Shown: positions 19,818 through 31,834, numbered from the stretch's first letter. The stretch: 64,000 nt of DNA from Neoechinorhynchus agilis (GCA_051530055.1 CM121341.1:13742784-13806783); one strand, 5' to 3'. Notes: generated by a model from the letters alone, not told the origin. A program made the numbers and translations.

Positions 19818-20237
19818 CTATCGATCGTTTCCACCGAGGTCCCACGGCTTTTTGTTTTTTAGTTTCTTTTTGCGTTGAACCTGCGAGGACACATTCGCGT
19901 TTCCCGAGTCTCGTTCTTCGCTGGCCAAGTGATAAGCAGCTTTATCCCGTTTTTGAAGATTAACTGAAGCAATGATCTGATGTGCCAAATCAGCTTGGAA
20001 TTGCGTAACGTCTTTATTTCCAAGAACGGTCGTTAGTTTAGGACAAGTACTGGAATTGGACGAGCATCTGACCAAACACTTGTACTCGGCATTATTTGAA
20101 TCCTTTGTCTTCAATGAACGAGGCTTTTTACGTCCATCGTACCTTTTGAACGTTAACCGAACTGTCGTAGAGCTACTGGCTTCTAACAGAGGACCAAGCT
20201 TATGAACAAAGTCTCTAGGAGTCTGTCGATTGGCCAT
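19818..20237 (-). CDS. SRP14: Signal recognition particle 14 kDa subunit
   Basis: VRLTFKRYDGRKKP, KCLVR, KLTTVLGNKDVTQFQ, LQKRDK. Confidence 0.92.
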   Translation of the reverse strand: MANRQTPRDFVHKLGPLLEASSSTTVRLTFKRYDGRKKPRSLKTKDSNNAEYKCLVRCSSNSSTCPKLTTVLGNKDVTQFQADLAHQIIASVNLQKRDKAAYHLASEERDSGNANVSSQVQRKKKLKNKKPWDLGGNDR

Positions 20238-20397
20238 ATCGTGAACGTGGAAATAATCAACCTTTTTTGCCAACAACCAATAACAATACTTTCGCAGTTC
20301 GAATCACGAACACGTCTTCTTTTTCCCCGATAAATTCGTAACAATCACTCAGTCACTTAGAAAAACGATCTGCCATTTAAAAAAGAGCACTCAACGT

Positions 20398-20879
20398 CTA
20401 TGCGTCTACTGATAAAGCCAATGCAGAAGAATGCTGATCGCTTCGACAGATCAAAGTGAAACTAATAATCTATTTCATTGACGTGATTTTCTATTTTACG
20501 CTGCGAGAATCGTTGCATGTATTTTCGCATCGGTCTCACATTTGATCTTTATATTTAGAATACCATCGTTTCTTCCAAAAAAACACGAATGGTCTTTAGA
20601 TGTTATAACGAAGTCTGTTTCTAGAATCCTGAAATTATAGTTTCAGTCTTGTTTTTTTCCCAGCAGAAGTTCCCAACTGAGACGGGATTTAAATTAGTTT
20701 GTTCGAATTGTGAGTCAATTTATAAAGCGGCGATCTGTCTGTGTTAAAAAAATCATATTGATTGTAAATGATTTTATTTTAAATCCGATATTTCGCAGGA
20801 CTTTCAAACAACCTTGTAATAAACAACACGTACAAGATTGTGACTCCGAAACCAATCGGATTTTAAAATTTATAATCAT
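20398..20879 (-). CDS. Probable KEOPS subunit Pcc1/LAGE3 (multi-exon, absent from the ORF track)
   Basis: FKIRLVSESQ..LKVL, ILETD, GILNIKIKCETDAKIHATIL and, after an intron, AFTLICRS parallel yeast Pcc1 LKIPFETERQ..TKVLSPD and LAGE3 GRILVVRWKAEDCRLLRIS; first splice junction unresolved. Confidence 0.5.
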
Positions 20880-21141
20880 TTTAATTTTTGTACGCGCCAG
20901 AAAACAACCAGCTAAAAAAATCATTCGCTTGAATGCCATTTAACTGCCGTTCTTTTTTTGTCAATGCGAAATAAAGAAAAATGATTTAATTTTTTTCGTC
21001 GTAAAAACTTACAAATAATTCTGAAGATGTCACACGATTAGGGAACGACCGCTTTTCCCCCTTTTTTGATCGCTTGTCGCTGAAGTAACTTTTGTACTTA
21101 TTTTCATTGAGAATTGTATTTGAAGAGTACCGACAAGTCTC

Positions 21142-21983
21142 ATGGATGGTAGACGGGACCTTCAGTCAATCCGGAGTAGCGATCCCGAAAACTGTCGCTG
21201 TTTTGAATGTTCATCACTAAATCCCCAATGGGCGAGTGTAAGCCTTGGAATATTTCTTTGCCTTGAATGTTCAGGAAAACATCGCGGTCTCGGCGTTCAC
21301 ATGTCATTTGTACGGTCTTTAACGATGGACAAATGGAAAGACACGGAGATCGCCAAGATGCGTTCAGGTGGAAACAGACGAGCTCGTACCTATTTCAACT
21401 CTAAAGGATTTATGCGAGGAGAAAGTCTGATAAATAGGTACAAATCCGAAGCGGCCGCTGCATATCGCCGTGAGTTAGCTATTGATTCCGGATGCAACCC
21501 TGAGGATGAATGGATGCCGCGTGCGTCTACCACAGACAGCTTTCATACATTCCGCAGCCATGACTATGACCGTAATCCGATTTCGAGTTCTCATCATTCA
21601 GTGTCCACACCCGCAATGGATACCACAACCACCACCACGACCATGTTAAGTGATTGGTCTTTAAAATTTGTTCTTTAGTCGTCTCACTAAATATCGATCA
21701 CGTAAACGACGGAATTTCGAATGCGGTCACCACGGCTACTAAATGGCTCAGTTTTGCCCGGGATAATGCAATGAGATTCGGGAAGCAAGCTGCCGATCGT
21801 GTTATGAACGAAGTATGTGCTTTACGGTCAGGTTCGGGATCACATGGAAGTCAGCCAGAGACACGACCAAAAGACGACGAACCAAAGGCGTCTATTCAAA
21901 CGTTTCAAGGCTTTGACGAAGAATCCGTATCCGCACGACCCCGCATGTCTAAGAGGTCCGACCTTATACGTTTTGATGACTAG
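21142..21983 (+). CDS. ARFGAP1: ADP-ribosylation factor GTPase-activating protein 1
   Basis: [46 protein letters not shown]; a 29-nt GT-AG intron 21650..21678 joins the two ORFs in frame (270 aa). Confidence 0.93.
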
Positions 21984-22328
21984 CTATCCTATCAACTCGA
22001 TTCGATAATTCACGCGATCAATTCGACATCCAATAAATTTATAGATGTGGAATTCCGTTTCGAGAAATCTCTCCTTTGTTGCAACCAAATTCCGTAGTAA
22101 ATCTTTTTATGAAATAAGGATGTTAAATATTTCGAAGTTCAAAACGTTTTCTTTAACACAATTGTGTAACTTCCCCGGTATTTATCCATTTTACGAAAGT
22201 CAGCATTAAAATTTCAGCTTAGTTTCTATTGCTACAAATGAGTGTTCATGCCTTTCCTATGTATGCCCTAATTGACTTAAAAGCATAAATGATCATATGA
22301 TTTATTTGTCTCATGAATTTCGGAACGT

Positions 22329-24392
22329 TCAATGGCGATCGAGATGTGCGTATCTCTTCCTGAGCTTCACATGTCGATTCGCCTTAAAGTGCTTTTTCCC
22401 ACCCACATATTGTTGCCGTTTATTGTCTTCCTGTGAGCGATATCGTTCAAAAAATTGCTGATTGAACGCTTCATCGACTTTCTTTTCGAACTTTTGCCGT
22501 TCATAAAGTTCATCGTTAGACTGTTGGACACGATTGGAGTCTATAATACCAGGCGGTGGATACGAATAAGGAATTCGTCCTGCGGTGTACATCTTTACCA
22601 CAATCCGTGCTGCTCGGGACTCATGAGGAATCCCTTTATGGCTCATCCAGTTCTTTCTAGTGGCGTATGCAGAGCAGACCGCGTGACCCTGCTCGAAAAA
22701 ATCATAACCTTCTGGTACATAATCTCTGATGCCAAGTGAACGGAACAATGTTGATATTGATAGCTGTTGGCAAATGAGAGCTACGCATTGAATACATTCT
22801 TCTTTACTTAGAACCTCGATACGAATCTCTTCATTTAGAAAAGAGATCCATACCGAAAGGTTAACTGATCGACCGATAGTACTCCATTAATAACGAATTC
22901 CGCTTTACATGATGAAAAGGAAGGAAAGACCAATCCTGGACAATCGCACAACTCAACCGTCTCATTTAGGATCAATGTCTGTAGATATTTTGTCTTTCCT
23001 GGGGTGGCTGAGATCGCTACTTTCTTTTTTTGAAACAAAGAATTAATCGTGGAACTCTTTCCTACGTTCGGGTATCCCACAAATCCAATCACTACTTTTT
23101 CATTCCCACCCTGTTCGGTCATCCACTTGATCAATAAGGAACTAGAAAGTATACGATCGTCGTGTAGGTCCGTCTCCGTGGCTGAGTAAAATAGGACGTC
23201 AACTTTATCGGCGAAGTATTGTATCCATTGGCTGAGCCGTTCATTGGTCAGAAGGTCTGCTTTATTTAAGAGAAGAACACACTTTTTCTTAGAACTCATT
23301 CTTTGTGACATCTCTTGAACATAGGCTTCAAGGTCCGCACATCGAAAAAAAATTGGATTTCGAGCGTCCACTATTTGAAAAATAACATCACTAAAAACAT
23401 TAGTTTGGGGTATTTTACGGGGAATATCTTTTGAGGTACGCAATTCGAAAATAGGACTCTTACTAAGATTTACAATAAAAGTATTCGTTTAATGGAAATG
23501 CTTGTAAATCTAAACATCGATGACATTCTAATACGTAAAAATAAGGAAATAAAGGATTTTCCATTTATATCAGAGAAACGGTCATAGCATGAAGTCTGTG
23601 CCCATAAATTAACAGCCGTGTCATAATAGGCCACACATCGGTATAATTATTTTCTTCTTAAAAGCACAGATGAAGCATCGTGACTGCTTTGTGCCGGCAT
23701 GGACTTCACAAGTGAACAGACAAGAAATCAAATTGCTAAAAAAAGGTCCAGCGCAAACATTTCTATTCCATTTGAAATTAAGATATCCTTTGTATAATTG
23801 ATTGAGTAAAAATTCTCACCTTCGTTCAACAAGTCTCCAAAGCTGCCTCCAAATTTCAATGTTCTTCTCATATGGAGATACAACTATTTCGCCGCATGAT
23901 TCTAGACTTAAGGAAGATAGTGGACGAGTAAGTTATTCATATCCCTTTTTAAAATCTTACACAGCCAGTCTTTTTCTCCATTGGTAGAACTCTTGAAGTT
24001 CTAGATTTTCCAGATCTTCTTTTGTTGTTTTGTTCGTCCATAATGGACGCTTAGGGATCTTCAGTAATTTATCACATTTGACCTTTAAGGCTTCCGTCTG
24101 AAGATGGTGACTGATCGGTGGTGGTTGATACGCTCCGGATGCTGGTACGATCGTCATCTGATATTCTTAAGTACATCGTATGAATCACTTTGAAGTTGAG
24201 GAGAATCCCAACTAACCCTTTTCGTAGACTTGATTTTGAAGGATAACTCTACTCATTAATGCTTCAAGGTCAGTTTCGATTACTATTGATTGTAATGGTC
24301 GCTCTTTCTCTTGAGGTCTCCTAAAAATCTGTTATCATTGCAAAACGAGTCTTAGTAGTACCCATATTGACGCGCTTGTTTCCGTTTCTCAT
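22329..24392 (-). CDS. LSG1: Large subunit GTPase 1 (multi-exon)
   Basis: LKIPKRP.W, YEKNIEIWRQLWRLVERSD, QIVDARNP, LLLNKADL, GFVGYPNVGKSSTINSL, ATPGKTK, LCDCPGLVFPSF, ESRAAR. Confidence 0.93.
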
Positions 24393-24928
24393 CTAAGTCA
24401 TTTTGCAGCGATTTACCAAGTTGCTGAGACATCTATAACTTATTTAGAGTATTATTGAAAGTTTATTGAGGATTGCATTCGGGTGGTTGGATATGTTATT
24501 TTTTAGGTCGCTTCAATTCTATTGCTTGAAAGGTTAATTAATAAAGTGGCTGATACTTTAATGATCCCTCTCGGGTGTTGACAAGCGACCTTAATAATAA
24601 CATATTGTAGAAATCACTGGCATTAAAATATGGAATGTTATTTGATGAGAAAATACTTCCGTTAATTAATATGTTGCCAATATGTTCATAAAAAAGGGTG
24701 AGATGTAAGACGAATTTAACGTTTAAGAAAATCAAAACACAAACGATTTCCGATTTTGAAAGTTTTGTCATTTAAAAAATTTAGATAGGATTCATATATT
24801 TTGAAAGCGCTGAAGCTCGTAAAAAAATTGAAAAGTCGAAAATAGCCAAGTGAACTGAACAAAGAATTCGAATCCATCTGATTTATATTAAGAGGATTGC
24901 ATTCGGGTGGTTGGATATGTATTTTTTA

Positions 24929-25017
24929 GGTCGCTTGTCGACACCCGAGGGAGATCGTCAATTGGTCGAAATATTCATTCGTCTTTAACGATCTCCCTCG
25001 AGTGTTGACAAGCGACC
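24929..25017. repeat. 30-bp-arm hairpin within a duplicated about 125-bp unit
   Basis: ggtcgcttgtcgacacccgagggagatcgt / acgatctccctcgagtgttgacaagcgacc; related copy at about 24469..24590. Confidence 0.85.
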
Positions 25018-25049
25018 GAAATAAAAACCATCTGATTTAGTTTAGATGA

Positions 25050-25640
25050 TCATTTGTCCTGTTTATTCGGCATTCTGACAGGTTGTGGACGTCTTGCTTT
25101 TCCGTTCCTCGCTTCTGGTCTCAACCGAATATTCTGGCCGAACACATAAAAGGCAAATCCTGACTTTGTTTCGAACTTAAAGAATCCGTACTTTGGAACT
25201 ATCCTTCGCCTGCTTTTGTCGTCTATCACAACAAAAGTGTTCTTAGTTTCGCCAATTATGATTCCTCTGACATTCGTCTTTTCCGCTTCCGTTATTCTTG
25301 CACCGTGATAGTCTGCCATCGCTAACTCAAGCGTTGGATCCTTTTGATCCTTAACCACGTCGGCAATGTATTCTGACCAAAGGTGATGAAGGTTTTGATA
25401 TTTCTCATATTCTATATGTACTGTCTTACACTTGGACAGAGCTCGCTTCCAGTGCCGATTGGATAATCTTTGTTTTAGCTTAGTGTTTCTTGAAGTAGAT
25501 CGCTGAATGCACCTCGAGAGATCAAGGACTCGATACTTCAAATCCTTAAGAATTTTGTCACGCTGAACGGGCCGCATCATATCTCCGGATACAATATTAT
25601 ACACTTCTCTTACGTTGTCTGAAAGTTGTTGACGGTTCAT
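25050..25640 (-). CDS. POP4: RNase P/MRP protein subunit p29
   Basis: LHHLWSEYI, ADYHGA.I, GIIIGETKNTF, IVPK...F, GQNIRLRPEAR. Confidence 0.88.
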   Translation of the reverse strand: MNRQQLSDNVREVYNIVSGDMMRPVQRDKILKDLKYRVLDLSRCIQRSTSRNTKLKQRLSNRHWKRALSKCKTVHIEYEKYQNLHHLWSEYIADVVKDQKDPTLELAMADYHGARITEAEKTNVRGIIIGETKNTFVVIDDKSRRRIVPKYGFFKFETKSGFAFYVFGQNIRLRPEARNGKARRPQPVRMPNKQDK

Positions 25641-25849
25641 TTGTAGTCTGAAATCGATCCAACAGTTAAAACGGGAGGTAATTTGCAATTCTAGATTCAA
25701 TGTGAATATTATATTTTGTCTAAGTGTTGAAGTGTTTTGTTGGACATAGAGCCTACCGATATTTTGGATCGGGAAAGCGATTGAATCACTTAATATCGAT
25801 AAACCATACACGGTTATGAGTTTGAAAGCATACCTCAAATACCTCCCGA

Positions 25850-26370
25850 GGAATTGGGACTTATCAGTGAGTTTCCTCTTCCCTTCAACGAGATATTTCG
25901 TCCCCTCCGGTTATGAATCATCGGTGGTAATTGATTTTGAACTCTTTTAAACTTTAAACAGGGATTCGGGCTCAATTCAACTCTATCACCTCAACACAAC
26001 TGCGGAATTTACAAACTCTGCCAGGTTATACCTTTTACATTATGTCTGGCTAGCCGGTTACATTTTTGCGCCAGGTCTTATGAACATATCCAGCTGATAA
26101 TTTTCCTTGGGCACACAGCCAGGCCGGCCCCTCTGGAGGTATCTGAGAATTTGGAGGGATGCGTACAAACTCGTATACCGTATGCACCAGAGTCTAAGTG
26201 ATTCAATCACTTCTTTAATGCAAAAGATCGGTTTGGCTTCATGCCCAACAAAAGATTATCAGCCGTGTGAGGTATGTTCATAACACTCAGAGAATAAATC
26301 TAATCGGCTAACCAGACATAAGATAAAGTAAATATCATCCTTTACTATGCTTCATGGCTTTCGTACTCAA
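25850..26370. repeat. Foldback element (family A), long copy
   Basis: Imperfect about 85-bp arms 26040..26120 / 26240..26320 containing gctgataattttccttgggcacacagc; flank similar to 52920..52960. Confidence 0.7.
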
Positions 26371-26559
26371 ATTAGACCTGATTTCTGATCTTTTTACTGT
26401 TTTCTCTTGATTAAAAGGCGAAACCTCATACTGCAGGACGGATTTGGTGATCTTTAGCAAGATACAAAACTTATTCATCGATAGAAAATCCTTCGCGTTA
26501 ATCAAAGTATACTTTTGGTGAAAATAATCTTGGTCATAACATATTTGATTTATAGGTAA

Positions 26560-27990
26560 CCTCGCGAAATTGAGAGAAGAAAAAGAAGTTCAATAAAAGT
26601 AGAGAGAATACTTCGATCAAGTGCTGAACAGTGAGAATGGAGCAGAAAGAGTATAAGGCAATATCAGAGGTCGAAGTTAAAACAACACTTTCAAGATGAA
26701 AAACGGGAAAGCGACGGGTTTAGGCGAAATACCCATAGAGGTCTTGAAAGTGCTTGAAGTTGATGCTGTTCATCTATTAAGAAATCTCTTCCAGCGAATA
26801 CTCACTACTGAAAAGATGCCAGAAGAATGGGCAGAGCACACTGGTATCGACATACAAACAGAGAGGCGATGTCAGAGTTTGTTCAAGCTATCGAGGAATC
26901 AAATTGTTGAGCCACACGATGAAGCTATACAAAAGGAACGCCTGCGAAGCAAAATGTCAATATCAGAGGAGCAGAGAGGATTTATGCCCGGCAGAAGTAG
27001 TACCGAAGCTGAATTCGCGTTACGTCAGTTATATGAGAAATGCCTTGAAAAACGAAAGGAAATACGCAGCGTGATCATCGATCTCGAAAAAGCCTATGAC
27101 ACTGTCCCTAGAAAACTGGTAATGGAACTGTCTTAGAAGAAAACTCTGTCCCGAGACTTATATCACAGCGATTCATAACATGTACAGACAGAGCAATTGA
27201 TAGCTTCTCGGTGAACGCAGAATCGCATCAAGGTTCAGCTTTGATCCCTTATTTGTTTGTAGTCACTATGGATGACATCAGTAACTCGATTTGTAAAGGT
27301 CCGCCATGAAGCATGATTTTCGCCGACGACATCATCCTAGGATCTCAACAATGACCTAGAGAAATGGAGGGAAGCTCTGGAAAGTCAAGGTATAAAAATT
27401 TCCAGAACTGAAAGCATTTTCCTTCAAGAGACTCAGCTGCAGAAATTCGACAAATTCAAGTACCTCGGCCCTAGTGTCGATGCAAAACGATATCACCGCC
27501 GAGAGTTCATCGAGAATAAATAGCGGGTGGATGAAGTAGAAAAGCCTAACTGGGATCTTGTGTGAAAGCAAAGTGGCTGTTGTGTTGAAAGATAGAGCCT
27601 TGAAGATGGCAATCAGACCAGCCTGCAGGAAGGGCCGAAATGAACATGATGAGGTGGATGTGTGCGGTGACCAGGCAAAACATTATCCCAAATAATGCGG
27701 TCCGGGGCTCAGCGAACGTGGAGGACGCAAAGAAAGCAACCGCGAAACGGAGGATCAAATGGAGCGATATGGTGAAAGGTGAAGAACCGAATGGATTTAT
27801 TCGAAAAGTTGAGGAAATGAAAATCGAAGGGACCAGGAGGCACAGAAGGCCGAGAAAACGATGGAAAGATTGTATGGCTGAGGACTGACGGTTGAGAGAA
27901 ACGGGGCCGAGGGATGTGTGAAGTCTTAGGAGTGCAAGTTTTTGTGCGACCCCGAGAAGGGAAAGGCATGAAGAAAGTTGTTGTTATGAC
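26560..27990 (+). mobile_element. Degraded RTE-clade LINE
   Basis: KNGKATG..EIPIEV, QRGFMPGRSSTEA.FALRQL.EK, IDLEKAYDTVPR, FADDI, FKYLG; 3' gttgttgtt tail. Confidence 0.9.
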
Positions 27991-28304
27991 TTGGATTATT
28001 TTCACAAAAAGTATCAAACTTTTATTCTACTAGAAAGCATTTCTAACTTTGCTATCGATAATTAAATTCTTTATCCCTTTTTATTCCAATATTACGTGTG
28101 TGTTTTTAGTAAAAAAGCGACGTGAAAAGGCTAAGACATTGCAAAACGGATAAATGCGCATCAATTGACAAAAATTAAAATTGTAATCTTTTTAGAAAAC
28201 AGTCCAGTGCAGAATTATCAAGAAACTTAAATCTAAACGGCGAACGACGTCAAGAGCAAAAATAATGGTAGACTGCGAAATAATAGTCCCAATCATAAGT
28301 GCGA

Positions 28305-28645
28305 AACCAAGTTTTGTTTTCGAAAATGGACACTTGTGCTGTTGTAATGAGAGAAAGAAAATCTTTATTTCTGAGCTTTAACCGTCTTACACACGGCTTA
28401 AGCTAGGACGATTTAGAAATTTGAGCTTTAAGAAGTCAAGACATTCTTAAGAAACTTGCTAGCAATATCGATAAACCAAGTTTTGTTTTCGAAAATGGAC
28501 ACTTTGGCTGTTGTAATGAGAGTAAGAACATCTTTATATTTTTTAGCTTTGCTTAAGCCGTGTAAGACGGTGAAAGCTAAAAAATAAATATTATTTTTCT
28601 CCCATTACAACAGTCAACCACAAAAATGTCAATTTTCGCAAAAAA
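28305..28645. repeat. Foldback/MITE-like family B (two forward arms, one reverse arm)
   Basis: ttttcgaaaatggacact...ctgttgtaatgagag repeated at 28316 and 28486; reversed arm 28551..28645; related fragment at about 8084..8170. Confidence 0.7.
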
Positions 28646-28889
28646 TTTGTTCAATAATGAGGCTTGAAAATCGATGGGAATTTCAATGGATTAAATGAGA
28701 AAAGTAGCGAAGAGAAATAACATATCGTAATCGAAAAAAATTGAACGTTATTTGAATGATTCAAAAGGTCCCCACGTAATGATCTCCCTAAAAGTTGGTT
28801 CTTTCGTTTTTTCATTAGTCATCCAAACGTTGCTAAGCACGTCGACGTTGCTCTTCTTCCCTCGATTTTTCTCTAATAGACGTATTTCA

Positions 28890-29360
28890 ATGTCCCACGA
28901 TGTCGATTTCAACACCGGCGATGCTGGATCATCGGCTACTTATCCAATGCAATGCTCAGCGTTGCGCAAAAACGGACATGTCGTTATAAAAGGACGTCCA
29001 TGCAAAATAATGGAGACTTCAACTTCCAAAACGGGAAAACATGGTCATGCCAAGGTTCACATTGTCGGTATCGACATTTTCACTAATAAAAAATACGAAG
29101 ACATTTGTCCTTCGACTCATAATATGGATGTACCCAATGTATCCAGAAAGGAGTATTCATTAGTCGACATCGACCAGGACAACCATTTGTCGCTGATGGG
29201 TGAGGATAATGAAATCAGAGAGGATCTGAAGTTGGATGATGGAAGTGATATATCTAAACAGATTAAGGAATCGTTCAACTCCGGAAATCCACTTCGTGTC
29301 ACCGTTCTTAAAGCAATGGATGACGAGGCCGTCATCTCCTTTAAGGTCGATCAAGAATAA
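28890..29360 (+). CDS. EIF5A: Eukaryotic translation initiation factor 5A
   Basis: STSKTGKHGHAK hypusine motif, TYPMQCSALRKNG, CPSTHNMDVP; intronless. Confidence 0.98.
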   Translation: MSHDVDFNTGDAGSSATYPMQCSALRKNGHVVIKGRPCKIMETSTSKTGKHGHAKVHIVGIDIFTNKKYEDICPSTHNMDVPNVSRKEYSLVDIDQDNHLSLMGEDNEIREDLKLDDGSDISKQIKESFNSGNPLRVTVLKAMDDEAVISFKVDQE

Positions 29361-29503
29361 AGAGACGTGGAGTGCAAAAACTAAGAGCAATACAAAAAAC
29401 TTTCTTTTTAATAATTGAATGGGACGCTCATTTTTGATTCCAAAACGAACACTTCTGGGAATTTAAGCTGATTGAAGGCCTCTTTATTGTGTATCCTCAT
29501 GTA

Positions 29504-31834
29504 TATGGTTTTTGATTTTTTAGACGTTGAGGGACACACACACAATCTTTTATTGAATCCGATATTTCGGCGCCTCACGCCTTCTTCAGGTTCCTTGATA
29601 CTCTAAAACACACAAAGGGAGTTCACAAGAGGTCCATGCTCCCTGTCAATTCGTCTCGGCGGTTCAGGTTTTCCCGTTCGCAGCCGAGATCCCCACTTGC
29701 ACCCGACCGCACTACCCAATTTACGGTTGATCAGCAGGGCTCCCGAGATAGAGAGTTCAATGGGATCTGATGCCCGATAAAGAACCCCAACGTCAAAAAC
29801 CGGGCTGGCTCCCTCGTGGCGGGTAGCGAAGTGGGTGCCCCAGGGCGTTGATGCGTACGCTGGACTGGTCGGATTGCGTGCATTACGCACGTGCTCAGTG
29901 ATGCGTTCATGCAGTGTTCGCTCTGTTTTCCCGACATAATTGCAGGAACGTCCTTCGTCCTTACAGTTCCTGCAGGTGATCTCGTAGGCGACGTTGCTTG
30001 AGAAGCAATCGCTTTTTGCCCCAGCATTCTTCGGGTAGTGCTTGCACATCAGACAGGCCTTTGGGCAAATCTTCGTATCTTCGTGATGCATTGTCCGCAT
30101 TAGCATCCGCTTTAGCGACGGATTTGTCCTGTGCACTACTCGTGCTTCAATGCCGCAGTCACGTATGGCCTTCTTAACGTTCCAAGTAAAATGTTCGGAC
30201 ACGTACGGGATTCGAAGAAGAGGAAGATCGTTTTTCCGGTTTCGACTTCCAACTGGTCGTTCCATTCTTTGCATCATCCTCTTAAGATCCAGCTTCGAAT
30301 AGCCGTTCTTTTCGAACAATTCACAGATCCGTTCCTCCGCTTCCTTCCTTACGAGAGCCGTCGACGAACACATTTGTGCCGTTCTAAGCATTTCTCCGAA
30401 GATTGCTTGTTTCACAGCCCATGGGTGGTGCGATCGTCGATGCAGGACAATATCCTTCTTGCACGGTTTCCTGAACCAGTTGTGTTCGGCAGGATTGTCT
30501 GCTTTTAGCTTTATGTTCAGGAAGGGCAGGTAGTCACGTGGTTGATCTCGCGTAACCTGAATATGACCATTCGGATCCATCGAATTGAGGCTTTGCTCGA
30601 TTATATCAACTTCACAATCCTGTCGGTAGGTCAGCAACACATCATCCACGTATCGGAGATATAATTGACTCGACGACAATTGTGGGTAGATGTGATGCCT
30701 TTCCAACCCATCAAGGAAAGTGCAAGCTAATATGGGAGATAGGCAGTTGCCCATCGCGAGACCACGGACTTGCCTGTATAGCCGGTTTTTGTATTGGAAC
30801 CGGGTTGCATTCCAACACAAGACGGGTCAACACCATCACATCTTCGATCTCTAAGCCACACAAATCGATTGTATTCCTTTCCTCACACAGTCTCTTACCT
30901 AGCATTATGAGTGCCGCTTGATTGTCGACATTGGAGTACAAGCTCACAAAGTCGAAGGACATTACCCTGCTGCGACTGAGCTCGTCCTTTCTAGCGTCCA
31001 AAAGGTCTAGCATATGTTCTTTCCAAAGGACTATCGTTTGTACCAGCTAAGAAAATGGATGACCGTGACGTTTTTCAGATGGAGATCGATGTGGCGCGCC
31101 TAGCGTATCAAATAAGAGTTCAGTCAATGAAAGAGAAAGTGAATACAATGGATGGAAATGGGCCTAGCAGTGTGGAAACAAGGAATCAAGTGGCAAAGCG
31201 CGTGCGATTTGGATTCGAAGGTCGTTTTGTTGCGGTGCCCCGAGCAGATGACGCTGTTGAGAGGAAGATTCTTGCCTTAAAGGACAAACTCAATTCCTTG
31301 TGCATATCGCAAATGGGACGATCAATCAACAATTTGTGTGCTGAAGAGAGGAACGCACTATTGTCCTTAAAGCGTGCAACTGAGAATAAGGCCTTCAGAA
31401 TATCTGTGAGTGACAAGGCGGTGAATTCGTCGTAATGGATTCTGCAGTTGAAGATTCGATGATGAACAGTTTGTTATCCGATAATTCGCTCTACGAACCA
31501 GAATCCAAGGATGATTGTGAAGAGAAAAGGAAGCAGATAAATGCAACCCTTCGCAGGTTCTTTATCGGGCATCAGATCCCATTGAACTCTCTATCTCGGG
31601 AGCCCTGCTGATCAACCGTAAATTGGGTAGTGCGGTCGGGTGCAAGTGGGGATCTCGGCCGCGAACTGGAAAACCTGAACCGCCGGGACGAATTGACAGG
31701 GAGCATGGACCTCTTGTGAACTCCCTTTGTGTGTTTTAGATTATCAAGGAACCTGAAGAAGGCGTGAGGCGCCGAAATATCGGATTCAATAAAAGATTGT
31801 GTGTCCCTCAACGTCTAAAAAATCAAAAACCATA
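29504..31834 (-). mobile_element. Penelope-like element with inverted about 280-bp terminal repeats and an inverted 5' segment
   Basis: Minus strand: SFDFVSLY, GLAMGNCLSP, RYVDD, GIY-YIG; plus strand 31055..31555: RT N-terminus (NLCAEERNAL..DK.GEFVVMD); inverted repeats 29504..29786 / 31556..31834. Confidence 0.92.
31747..31787 (+). ncRNA. Hammerhead-like motif in the Penelope pLTR (second copy 29555..29594, minus strand)
   Basis: CUGAAGA-A-GGCG-UGAGG-CGCC-GAAA-UA-UC, palindromic AUAU stem III; stem I weak. Confidence 0.55.

Noticed and set aside
20290-20310. gttcgaatc T-loop-like strings (also near 20701 and 24868)
   Set aside because: No cloverleaf or A-box, so not tRNAs
24929-25017. SECIS element in the POP4 3' UTR
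   Set aside because: No AUGA/GA quartet within the stem and no in-frame UGA in POP4
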